NCBI RefSeq assembly: GCF_036321535.1
Contig: NC_087436.1
Span: forward strand, 51,648,001-51,712,000
DNA: 64,000 nucleotides
DNA from: Camelus dromedarius
Lineage: Eukaryota
Reading direction: 5' to 3'
A program made the translations under genes and the position numbers. The notes under the pieces are model-generated. The model did not search any database. It was given only the letters and a program-made list of their open reading frames with translations, and was not told where the DNA came from. The first letter of the stretch is position 1. Each line of letters begins with the position of its first letter. Shown in pieces: positions 38,361-50,800 of this stretch.

Positions 38361-38380
38361 CAGTGACATCTGGTGGTCCA
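38361..38380 (-). promoter_or_regulatory. Candidate CTCF binding motif
   Basis: Minus strand TGGACCACCAGATGTCACTG is close to the CTCF core CCASYAGRKGGCRS (one G>T); unique sequence. Confidence 0.5.
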
Positions 38381-38514
38381 GTGAAGGGGTTTTTCTGCAA
38401 AGGCAGATGGAAGAGATCACAGATGGCAGAAGACCCTCTCATCTTGAAAATCTCCTTAACTAAAAGTTAAGTAAATTAGAAAGTAATTTAAATAGTGGTA
38501 AGTTAATAATACAA

Positions 38515-38722
38515 TAATAGATAATATTTGACTTTACACTCTATACCAGACACTGTTTTAATAATTTTGCATGTCTTAATGCATTAATCTTCACAAAATA
38601 CCGTAAGTTAGTTACCACTGTTATCCCAATTTGCAGAGAAAACTGAGATCCGCCAAAAGCCATGGTGAGAACTGCCTAATTTGTGTCCAGGCAGTCTGAC
38701 TACCGAGTCACTGCTCTACTGT
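38515..38722 (-). mobile_element. MIR SINE
   Basis: taatatttgac...ccagacactgtttta...ttaatcttcacaa...ttatcccaatttgcagagaaaactgag...ccaggcagtctgac. Confidence 0.8.
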
Positions 38723-39067
38723 ACATTTGGTGTAACTTCCAGGTAGACACAAAATTGTAATATTGGCTCAGCATTAAACCACTAATAGTATAACACCAGG
38801 ATTCAAAAACACACATTGTCCCAGTTATTTTAGAATGGTCTAGACTTCAGTCTAGAATGTTATTTATTGAGCTTAGACTTGAAAGTATCCTAGAATATCT
38901 GGAATTAAACAGTGGCCCTACATCCAGTATCTAGAAAGATAGTATTTGTTGACTTAGCCAAGAGGGAATCATCTTTCTGGACTGTTGTTTAATGGGTCTC
39001 TTTGATGGCATCATTAGTAGTTTCTCACTGAGGATTCTTCAGAAAATAATACAATGTTAGAGCTGAT

Positions 39068-39071
<4 letters not shown>

Positions 39072-39115
<44 letters not shown>
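39072..39115. repeat. (GT)n microsatellite
   Basis: Read directly. Confidence 0.98.
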
Positions 39116-39117
<2 letters not shown>

Positions 39118-39274
39118 CTCCATCCTCTTTATTTTACAGATTGGGCAACTGAGAAACAGAGCAATTTGCTACAATATATACTTTAATCAGGATGTGCTTC
39201 CTTTATGGGGGTACATTGTTTAAAAAAAACATTTAAATGTTAAATGAGTTTTTATTGCCCACTCTTACTCTTTT

Positions 39275-40240
39275 GACAAATATTCCATAAATACTTACTG
39301 TATGCTGGATGCTGTGCTGGTTTCTAGAGATACAGTAATAAACAAAATACCATTTCTGTACAAAAGGATGCTTTCAGGCAGGTGGAAGAGACAGACAAGC
39401 ATCTGGGCAATGACATGGCACTGTGGGGAGAGCTGCAAGGGGCACTGTAGATGCATAGAGCAGAAATACCTCATTCAGAGTTTGAGTGAAGCAGGAAGGG
39501 ATTTCTAGAGGAAACAATATCTGAGCTAAAATCTGAAGGATGAGAAGGAATCAACCAAATGAAGGGTACAGGGAAAGGAAGTGGCTTTCCAGGCAGAGGG
39601 AATGTTCAAAGCCCTAAGCTAAACTGGGAATGTAACATCTTGAGGGAACTTAGAATAGTTTAATAGGCCTGGACCTATTCAAGCAGAAAGTGGTGGGAGA
39701 TGAATCTGGGTCAGTTTGTGATAAGCTCACTGTGACACAGAGAAGGATCCAAAGGCTGTTTACTGGAAGAAAGGGAGACCAAGTAGGATACCATGCAATC
39801 CTGAAATGTCAGTGACACAGAGGCTGAAGCAAAGTAGACAGATTCCAGAAATATTTAGAGGATAGAACTGGCCAGTCCAAGTATGGATTGAATATGGAGG
39901 AAAGTCATTGATGACATCCAGCTTTTGGCTTGGGCAACTGGCAGGCATGGCCACTCACTGAGCTGGGAAAACAAAAGCAGTGATTACACTCAGAGTTCTG
40001 GAGCTCAGTAGGGTTAGAGCCTGGAGGTAAACATTTGAGAAAAAAAATCAACAAGTAGATATAATTGAAATGGTGGGAAAAGAAGCTATTGCTTATGGCC
40101 TATCACTCAGGAGGAACCCCAAAGAACACTAGTTTTTCAGGGATCGGCAAAGAAAGAGCAGATTCAAGGGAGACATAGAAAGTGTCCAGGGAAGAAGATT
40201 GAAAATGCAGAAAAAAGCTTGTCTTAGTAACCAAGAATAA
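39275..40240 (-). mobile_element. L2 LINE
   Basis: acaaatattcc...tacttactgtatgctggatgctgtgctgg...tctgagctaaaatctgaaggatgagaagga...ttccaggcagagggaa...gatgacatccagcttttggcttgggcaactgg. Confidence 0.8.
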
Positions 40241-43200
40241 CAGCATTTCCGCCGGAAAGAGGCAGCAGCAACAACATAATCGTCATAATAACAATAACAA
40301 GTGCCTGTTAAAAACTAACTGCATGATAATTGAAGCTCAACTAACCTTATGTAGTCAGTTCTATAATTATCCCCACGACACAGATGGCAATAATAATGAT
40401 ACCTAAATCATAGAAATGTTGTGAGCTTATATTGCAAATGCTTCCATTCCTGTAAGAGTGGTTCCAGTAGAATGATTAGGAGTAGAAACCAAGTTGCAGT
40501 GGATTCAAACACAGAAAAGACAGGAGTAGCCAGTCAAGGCAGGAGATGGAAAGCGTATCCAGTGGAGAGTTTTAGGATATACGAACACTCGTTTACCATG
40601 AAAGGAAACTCAGAAAGAGATAAGCAAAAATAACTTCTCCTCTTAGCTCAGGTGTTACCTCAGGGTCCCCTGGCTCCCTATGGCCTGATCAGACTTAGCA
40701 TGGGCTCTTATTGATTGATCTTCCTTCCACAGCAGAGTCTAGACCTTTGATTTCCGGGAGTTCTCAGCCACTTCCTCTCTGACTCAACAATTTTTTTCTC
40801 AGGACACAGTGCCTCAGATCAGCCCATGTTACACTAAGTGAGAAGCCCAGGCTCCACATCTAATCTTACTCTCAAAAAGTAACTTCAATTATTTTGTGAA
40901 GTGAGTAACTTAATATAACTTGATGTAGACAGAGGTTGGCCTTTACCATCTCACTAGCTCCCTTCTCACTTTTTTCAGTTTTTCTCTTCTTTCTTCCAGT
41001 AAAGCAAGTAAACCATTACCCTGGGCCCAAGGAGAAGAGATCAGTCCATATTAAAACCCTGCAGGTTTACCTTCTTCCCTGAGGTGGGGTTAGCAAAGCA
41101 TCTTCTCAGCAATGTAGTGGTCTCAGTAATACTCCCTCGTACTTTCTACTGAGAAAATACCTTTTTTTTTTTTTTTACATCATGACAACTAATAAGTTTA
41201 ACTTTTAATACTAAGAATGTTAAATTATTTTCAAATATAATTCTGCCTTTAAAAATGCTAGGTCCCAGCACATTCCCTATGAACCTTAATCATCTTTACC
41301 AATACCAGCCACATGTACCGTCCTATGGGACTTTACTTTCTGTATCCAGTGCTGTTCCTCCTATAGCCCTAGCCTGAGAATGTCTTGACACCTTGACTTT
41401 CAACAGACAAGTGTACTGGACCAGTTCTCAATTCTCAAGTAAAAAGGTTATTTTTGATTGGCCTCAGGAGTAAAGTAAGTATGTTCTTTCAGTTAAAGTG
41501 CCAGAGTAGAAAACACTGATGGTGCTAAGTACACCTGAAAATACAGTCCTCCAAGGCAGACAAGCTAAAAAGAGGCAGAGATCAAAGGCAATGGTCATAA
41601 ACTTTGTCAGTCTTACAGAGCTCTTGAGGTTGACTTTGTCCTCCCCAAAATACAATATCCAGGTTCTGTTAAAATTAAATAAAAATTAAATTAAAAAAAT
41701 AGAGAAAATGCAAAATGTGTGATAAACTGCTCACTGAGCTTGCTTTCTCAATTCTGATTGGAAGAGTATCCCAAACAAAGAAAAGACTAATTGGGTATTT
41801 TTCTACTTTCATTTTATCCTAGCAACATAAGCCAATTCTTATTTTTATAACAAAAAGTAACATTTATGTAGTAATTTCTAAGTTATAAAGTTCTAACATG
41901 TTATTTTGCTTATAAATAATTGCATGAGTTCTAGATATACAAAGAAAGCAAATGAAGTTCAGAGAGGGCTAAAACAAATATATGCTGACCCCTAAACTAT
42001 CTTCCAATTGCAAAAGAATAAGTAATTAAAGTGAGGTGTCCTTTCTTAGGGAGAATGTGCCTTTTTCACTGTCACATGTATTTGCCCACCAGGATCAGGT
42101 TTAAAGTAATATAATGGTAAAAGTGGTAAAGAAGTATATATTCTTTCTTTGAATATTTGGCCTTTAAAACAATGAAAATGAATCATAAAAAGCACTGCAA
42201 AAAAACAAAACAAAACAAAACAAAAAAAAAAACAAAGTGGGAGGGTAAAAAAACAATACCCAAAATAGCAGAATCTTATTCCAGGGAAATTAAGACCAAG
42301 TGAGTCTATTTTTAAACAATGAGCCTCCTACTTATGAGCCTTAGGAACTTTATAATCAAAGTGTGAAAGTCTGGAAATTTATTTTATGGTGACTTTATCA
42401 AAATTTTGTATAAAAATGAATGCCCAGGTCTGTAAATTACATATGTGAATTAATCAATATGATATTAATAACTAAGATTAAAAAGCAACAAGTTAGTTAC
42501 ATATATACTATGAATTAAAACCCCTATTTTGAGTTAGTATTTCATTCAGCCCTTATGACACTCTTGGGGTGAGGACTGTTTTTCCCCTTCTGTAGAGGCG
42601 GCCACGGAGGCCCTTAATAGATACCCTCCAGCCACTGCATTGTCATTGCATGAGTAAGATTTTAAAATGAGTCTTCTCACTACTCATTGTGTCACTCAAC
42701 ACTACCTCTAAAAATATAAAATGAAATGAAAAATTCAACATGCATCTGGAGGACGCTAATAAACTTCAGAACACCAGGTAAAGGATGTCAATAAGCAAAG
42801 GATTTGGCTACCAACACTGGAAACCCAGCTGCCTCTTCACAGGAAACCACTGTCTGCACACTCTGAGTCAATCCCCAGATACTGATTTGTAGCATGGACA
42901 TTTATTATGGTTAATAAGTTGACAGGAAAGATTTAAGATGCCTGACTGAAAAAAAAAAAAAAAAGAAAGGAAAAAAATCACACAATCAATATATGTGTAA
43001 TACTTCAATTTAGAAAAAAATCCAAAATGAAAAGTCAGTATTAATATGTGAACCTCACGCACTGATGCACAACTGAAGCAACATATATAGATACATGGAA
43101 GAAACTAAACTGAAAAATAAATGCCAGAATTTCCAACAGAAGAGATGGAGACCTGGGCGATTATGCCTGCCTCCGTGCAGGTAAAGAGCTGAAGGATACG

Positions 43201-46200
43201 CTTAATCATCATGTAACCCTAGAGACATAACAGCAGGCTCCCTGGCTCTCTTACTAAGGAGAGGACTAGCCAAGTGTGCATCTGTGCTCGCAATTTCATA
43301 GCTGCTGCTTCTCTTCTCGGTAGGTTGGAAAGATCAGAGAAAAGGAAAACCAACCATTGCAAGAAGAAGCCACAGCAACTTTGCTGGGATTGACCTAGGA
43401 CACTTGTTTTCACCCTGCACTGAAACTGAATGTGAGCTCTATGCCAGGCACATGAGCATACGCCCTCCCAAAGAGCATGTGCGCTGGGTATGTCCCAGGT
43501 GACCAAATGTGGTATGTTCTGCGGGGTTTGATGGAAATCCCAGGTATCTTGCTTCCTGGCCATTCTATGTGTTGTTTCCTTTACCTAGAACACACTTTCA
43601 TCTCCCCTTCTTACCCTCTCCTCAATCCAACGGCTTCACCTAGCTGATTTACCACTTAGATCTGTTTACACATCACTGATCCCCCAAGGCTGGGTTAGAT
43701 CACCCACCTCGTCAGCCCACAGCACTCTGCAGTTCATCCAGTCGTACCATGCATCACACTGTATTTTGATTGTCTATTGCTTTCATTCTCTGAGCAAATA
43801 TGATTGATACATCTATGACATGAAAGGGACTGTTTTACTAGGTAGGGAGGATATCATGATGAGCAAAAGGAAACATGGAGAGGAACAGAAAATAGTCCAC
43901 CTGTATACCATCGAAGAATGTATAAAATGCTTGAATGAAATTTACAGTGCATAAGGAATCATTAGTGCTGGCTTCCCTTAGCGCTAAGATATGATGGATG
44001 AAAAGGAGTTTACTAGGCACAAGAACAGAAGCAGTATACAGAAAACGTTACAGGCCTGGAGGAAAGAACAGAGTGATGTGCAGTGACAGTACATACAGAA
44101 GGAGCAGCCTCTGAGATAGGACAGAATACAAGCACACTGAAGAACCTGAAAGAACGCATATGTTCCTGCCTATCCATCCTATTCACCATTTTAGTCTCAT
44201 TAAAAATATATTTAGCAGATATTTGATGCATAGTTCTTTAATGAATACGTGAATGACTGAATGAATGAATGAGCTAGGAAGTGTATGCCTGAGAAAAAGA
44301 AGCAGTATCTACAGTCAAAGTTTACTCAGATTATTGTTTTTTTATCACTGGCCCTATTGTCCTTGCATAGTAATGGTATCCCACAACTAAATGTCTCCCT
44401 AGTTGTGACATGTCTATGATAATATGATCACTTTATATTTTAGACCTTTTCTTATGGATATGTTTCATCTAGTCTATATGCACCTTGAGAGATGACACTT
44501 CTTATTTTTCATTTTTGTATTTCTACTACCTAGTAGCTAAAATACACAAGCTTAAGCATGTATTAAATTGAATAATATCCTGCTTAAGGGCAGGGATCAC
44601 TCCTTTTTTGATAACCTATAGCACTTAGAAAAGTACTTAATACTTGATAGACAATAAATATTTGATGAATTAAATTGAAGCATGAGATTTTACTATGTCT
44701 TACAAATTTCCTACTTCTCCTCTCTTTTCTTCTCTTCACGGCATGGAACCAAAACTCAGATTAATATGAAGCAGCAATAGTTCTACCGTTTCAACTCTAC
44801 CCCTCTAGGGTAATTTTCTCCACTGATTTTTACTATTAGCTTTTCTATAAAAACAGAATGAAAACTGATCCAAAGCTTCTGCTCCCAAGGAGGTCTTGAG
44901 GCCTTTCCTAATGGTAGCTGTGTTCTTAGAGATTATATGATGCCCAAAATCATTTCCTCACTATAAACACAGATCCATTTAAGAGAAAACTCACAGTATC
45001 ATGTTAACATTGAAGGGATTACATGTAATGTGTCCCCACGAACACAAACACACACACACACATACGGTATTTTTCTCCAAGTCACCACATGTGCCTCCTT
45101 CATCCGCATTATATTATCATATGTAATGTATTATAATTATACATTACATACTATTATATTATACATCATATATCATATATAATATTCCATTATAATATGC
45201 CATTCCTGTGCCCCAATAGAGCATAATAATATATAACAAAATAAATGGTTAAATCTGGAAATGAAATAACATATGTGAAATGAGATTCATAATATAAAAG
45301 CTGAAGCTTTATTTGCTGTGCATCAAGGTTAAAAAATTTCAATATTCGGTCAACATAGAAACTGAAAGAAATTTTGAGTGCTATTTTTTACCAGTGTTCT
45401 TAGTTAAAAGAGACAGGCACTGACTAATTTAAGAAGAGGAATTTACTGACAAGACAGCCTTCCAAAACCATTTGCATGGCTGGAGAATCAGGCTTGAAAA
45501 ATACATGGGGAATGAAGTCTAAGGAGTAAGACTGGGGAACAGTAGCCAACTTCCTATCATGGGAACGGTCTGGTGGGAACTCTGTTGCCCCACTGCTGGT
45601 CACTTCTATCCACAGCCAGCACTGTGCTACATCTGCAAATAAATCTCCCTCAGCAAGACATAAACAGGAGAGAAGTTCTGAAGATGGACAGGGAGTTCAA
45701 ATGCCAAGCAGCCAAACTAGCAAATACAAAGAAAACTAAACAAAACAAAAATTAAGGTCCACTCCACCAACTATTGTGAAACCATATTGTTCCTTACAAT
45801 TACTTCCTCCAAAATTTCAGCTGAAGTTTGTTCCAATGCTAACCCTGGGCTGGGAAGACTAAGATACAGAGTAACAGACCAGAATAATAAAATTCGGTAA
45901 GTAATGATTGTGCTTAGCAAAGAATACTAGCATACAAAAATATTTAATACACACTAAAAGATGTCACTTCAGGATAAAATATTACAATACACAAAAAGTA
46001 AATTTAAACTAAATCCTTAGAGAAAATGGTGTGAACTAGATTTCAACTTGCTTTCATAAGCACTCTAAAAAAGTTAATGTTATCTGAAATCTTGGTGTAT
46101 TTTAAAACATGATAGTACTTCTTAATATAAAATACAGTATGTCAATTGTCCTCTTTTGGCCTGCATTTGTTAAGTGTTCTCTTCGTATTTGTTTAAAGTA

Positions 46201-46217
46201 TTTCATATGTTACCACC

Positions 46218-46617
46218 TGTATTGGCCAGAGTAGGTTAGGTTATGGGGCAATTAAAAATAACTCCAAATCTTAGTGTTGTTACACAACAAAAATTTAATT
46301 TTTTTCACATGCAAATCTGCAGATCTGGGCAACTCTTAAGGCAGCTGTGCTGTGTTGGTTCAGATGGGCTGCATCAGACTCAAGATAGCTGCAAATCATC
46401 TCATGCTTCTATGAGCACCAAGAAAGGGGAGAGGCTTGAAGACCAGAACACTCGCCATGAAATGCTTCTGCCTGGAAGTGACACATAACCACTTCTGTTC
46501 ATATTTCACTGAGCAAAGCAAGTAACCCTGCCTGGCATAAATTTAAGAGGGTGAGGAAGTGAAATCTCCCATGGGAAGGTAACAGAAGAGAAACTGACGT
46601 TGGTGATGTCTACCACA
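46218..46617 (-). mobile_element. MLT1J/I-like MaLR LTR
   Basis: tgtattggccagagtaggttaggttatg...ccaaatcttagtg...ctgcctggaagtgacacataaccacttctgttcatatttcactgagcaaagcaagt. Confidence 0.75.
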
Positions 46618-46914
46618 CCATCAAATACTGAGTAGTCAAAGCAATGGATTTCTTTAAAATGTGCAAAATGCAGATTTTTAAAACAGGATATCATGAAACT
46701 TGCCTGCATTAAAAATAATTTAGTTTCTTTTAAAAAATTTCTTGAAAGTCCTTGATCATATATATCACAGAACTTTCAATGAATTTTAAGGAAGGGAACG
46801 TTTCTGCTCTTCCACAAATATATTTCCACGAAAACTGTACTGGTTGTTTCTGAATTAATCAGGGTTAACCCACTCCTTTCCCTCTTCAATAATCAAAATT
46901 AAATTGTCAGGGAG

Positions 46915-47880
46915 CTTTCCTTTCCAGTTAAATATGTAACTATACACCTAAAAAAAGTTTTCTACAAAATATCTAAAATTGGTGTACAAAATATTGTTAA
47001 AACTATTTTTAATACAAACCTGAACTACATATGTGAAAAAAAAATGAGGAAATTTCTTCTCAAAGACTAAAAATGAGGCAGCCCTATGACTCTAGAGAGG
47101 GAGGAAGGTGCTCCAGCCAGCAACTTCCAGTTAGTATCAACCAACCTCCTGCAACATGGAGTTATAACTTCAAAAACCACACTGGAAATAAAAGGCAGGG
47201 CATCTGGACAGTTGTTTTGGAGACCCACCCATAAATCTAGGAAATGGGAACTAAATCTGGGAAAGGATGAACTAGAAGAAAACTGCCTCGCAAGAGAATT
47301 CAGCAATGAAACTTGTCTAGTGTAATCTTGCCTCTCAGTGTGTGAGGAGAGGGTGAGGGTTGGAATGGCTGAAATATTTCCAGAAAATTTTAAGTAGAAG
47401 TCAGTCATTATGCAGTAATTGCAGGTCTGAAATTACAGTACTTGTATAATGAAAAAAAAAAAAAACAAAAAACACCAAGGAAGGAAATTAAGGTGACCCA
47501 ATTATAGAAGGGATTCTGTATGGCTGGCAGAATTAAAGCAAATCATCTCTGCAGGAATATATACCTTCTACCTAAGCCTCACAACACCTCACAAATAAAG
47601 TTTCAACAAACATAGGCTCACAGTGAGATTTTTTAAAGTCACAAGATGTCAAGAATACACAAGCCAGGATAAGTAGAATAGATAAATTGAATTAGACCCA
47701 TAAATATTTCAGATTTTCAGAATTATTAAATGTAGAAAACAACATAAGTATACTTATAATGTCTAACAAAGTAATAGAGACAATAAAAAAATATAATAGG
47801 CATTGGGCAGGAAAATTTGGAATAGGACGAAATAGAAATTCCATAATAAAAAAAACACGAAATGTAGTATTTACTGGATG
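46915..47880 (+). mobile_element. Old L1 5' region / ORF1 start (host element, continues at about 54040-58560)
   Basis: gctttcctttccagttaaatatg start; agattttcagaattattaaa...gaaatagaaattcc ORF1 coiled-coil-region text. Confidence 0.55.
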
Positions 47881-47889
47881 GAGAAAGCT

Positions 47890-50800
47890 GCAGGCTTCTG
47901 GTTTCTGGACCAACATGGAAGAAGCCTGGAAGTGATCACTCCATCCTAGCAACAAATAGAAAGCTAAACAAATTGAAAAATCAGTAATTTTTCTCAGACC
48001 TGTCATAGAAGTGAGGTCAGCAAACCACTGCTTCTAAAATTAGAGAAACTGACAAGCAAATACAAAGAACTATAACTTACCCGAGCATAGAACCCCAAGG
48101 AGAAACTCTCACAAACCAGCTGGGGAAATCCAAATTACAGTCAGTGAACTGACAGAGGCTCAGAGTAGGAAGTCTGAGAGACAAAAACTCCAGGGGGACC
48201 CAGACATACGGGGGCCCCCATGCTTTGTGAGTTTTACCTCTAGGTGCTCTACCAGATTCTCCTAGTGAATATCAGAGAAAAATCCCTTTGTGATTCTGGC
48301 AGAAGGAGGGAGAAAAGAACTATTTTGAAATACAGGAAGAGAATTCTGTTTTTCTAAAAAAGGACTGCCCTCAAGAGAATTAATTTTTATCAGAGCTTGT
48401 AGTATTGGAATTTTATGAAGACCTAACTGATACAGGGAAGGGAAACACCAAACTCCAGCCCACTCTAGTCATCTTGCCCGATCTAAGGCAGAGAACTGAA
48501 ACACACCTGTGCAGTACATAGTTCAGAGGCACATACGCACTGAAAGACTGACACCTAATCGTAGAACTATGGAATGTCTCTCTCTCTCTCCCATGCCTTA
48601 CCACCACATTGCTAGAGGCCTATTTATCAAAGTTCCTTTTACCCAGTACATCCTGTGGAGTGATCAGAAAAAACAAAAACAAAACCAGAAAACCACCAGG
48701 CACATTAAAAGGCAAAAAACAGAGTTTGAAGAGACAGAACATGTGTCAGAATCAGACTCAGATATGGTAGGGATGTTGAAATTATCAGATAAGAATTTTT
48801 TTTTAAAGCTATGATTAATATGCTAAGGGGACTAATAGATAAAGTAGGCAGTATGCAAGAAGAGATAAGAAATGTAATCAGAGATATGGAAATTCTAAAA
48901 AAAGAATTATAAAAAGCTAGAGAATAAAAACACTGTACAGAAATGAAGAATGCCTTTGATGGGTTCATTAGTAGACTGAATGAGAGTATAGAAAGAACTT
49001 CTCAGCTTGATGATATGTCACTAGAAACTTCAAAACAGAAGAGAACAGAAGAAAAAAAACTAGGAAAAAAAGAAAATACAATATCTAAAAACTGTGGGAC
49101 AATTATAAATGTGTAACATATATGTAAAAGAAATACCAGAGGAAGATGAGAGAAAAGAATGAAAGAAATATCTGAAGCAATAATGTGCAGGAAGCTCAGA
49201 AAATACCAAGCAGAATAAATTCAAAAAGAAACAAACAAATATTTAGGCAAATCATATTCAAACTGTAGAAAATCAAAGAAAAATAGAAAATATTTTTTAA
49301 AAGCCACAGGGAAAAAAAACTTATAGAGGAGCAAAGGTAAAAATTACATCTAATTTTTCCTCAGAAACCATGTAAGCAAGAAGAGAGTCAAATGAAGCAC
49401 TTAAAATGTAAGCAAAATAAAGCACCAACCCAGAATTCTGTATCCTACAAATTATCCTTCAAAAGTGAGGGAGAGAAAAAAACTTTCTCAGACAAATTAG
49501 GATAAAAATTAGGATAATTTGTTTTCAGGAGAATTGCCTTAAAAGAAACATTAATGTAAGTTTTTTAGAGAAAGGAAATGATATAGGTCAGAAACTCAGA
49601 TATACATAAAGAGGAGAAAAGCACTGGAGAAGGAATAAGTGAAGGTGAAGTAAAACTTTTGTTTTCTTGATTCTTCATTGATTAACCACATAACAATTTG
49701 TTCAACATAATAATAGTAACAATGCACTTGATTATGTATACTTACATATGTATCTTGTGTATACATGTGCTTATATGCATTTATATGTAAGTAAAATGAA
49801 TAACAGTAATGATAGCACACAGGAGGAATTAGGATTATTTTATCACACAGTATTAATACCATCTGTGAGTAGTACAGTGTTATGTGAATATGGACTTGCA
49901 CTAGCTGTAAATGTATATTGGAAACTCTATGGAAACCACTAAAAAGGGTAAAAAGAAAAAAGAAAAAGTATACCTGGCATCTCGAGAAAGGAGAGAAATG
50001 GAAACATGGAAAATGCTCAATTCAAACTACAAATAGAAGAAAAGAGCAAAAGGCAAAAGAAGGAAAAAAGAACAAGGGCAACAAATAGAAAACAGTAGCA
50101 AATATGACAGATACTAATCTAGCTGTATCAATAATCACTTTGGATGTCAATGGTCTAAATGCACCTGTTAAAAAGAAAGAGTGTCAGAGTGGAGCAAAAA
50201 ACATGACCTGACTACATGACATCTACAAGATTAAAAGTAAATGAATGGAAGAAAATAGACCATGCTAACATGAATCAAAAGATTAATCCTCCATCATAAC
50301 TGAAGATTTCAACACCACTCTCCCAGAAATGGTCAGATCCAGCAAGCATAAAATTAGTAAGGACATAACTGAACTCAACACCATTAATAAACTGTATACA
50401 ATTATCATCTATAGATTATTTAAGCAACACTAGCAAAATACACAATTTTCTGAAGGTCACATAAAATATTTACCAAGATAGATCACATTCTGCAATATAA
50501 AACACAACTTAACAAATTTAAAAACAGAAATTTAACCATGTCTGTTCTCAGACAATGGAATTAAATTAGAAATCAGCAACAGAAAGATTGCTTGAAAATC
50601 CCAAAATATGTAGAGATTAAGCAGCACTCTTCTGAATAACACATGGGTCAAAGAAAAAAAATCTCAAGAGAAATTTAAAAATCTTTTGAACTAAATAAAA
50701 ATGAGAATAAAACATCAAAATCTATGGGGTGCAGTGAAAGCAGTACTTAGAGAGAAATTTACAGTGTTGAATGCATATATTAGAAAAGAAGAAAGATCTA

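Noticed and set aside
38839..38856. Inverted repeat TCTAGACT-tc-AGTCTAGA
   Set aside because: 8-bp arms are expected by chance in 64 kb and there is no associated structure.
45105..45240. Degenerate AT-rich repeat resembling an array
   Set aside because: Low-complexity (atatt/acat)n decay with no constant repeat-spacer organisation; no CRISPR-like or prokaryotic features were seen anywhere in the window.
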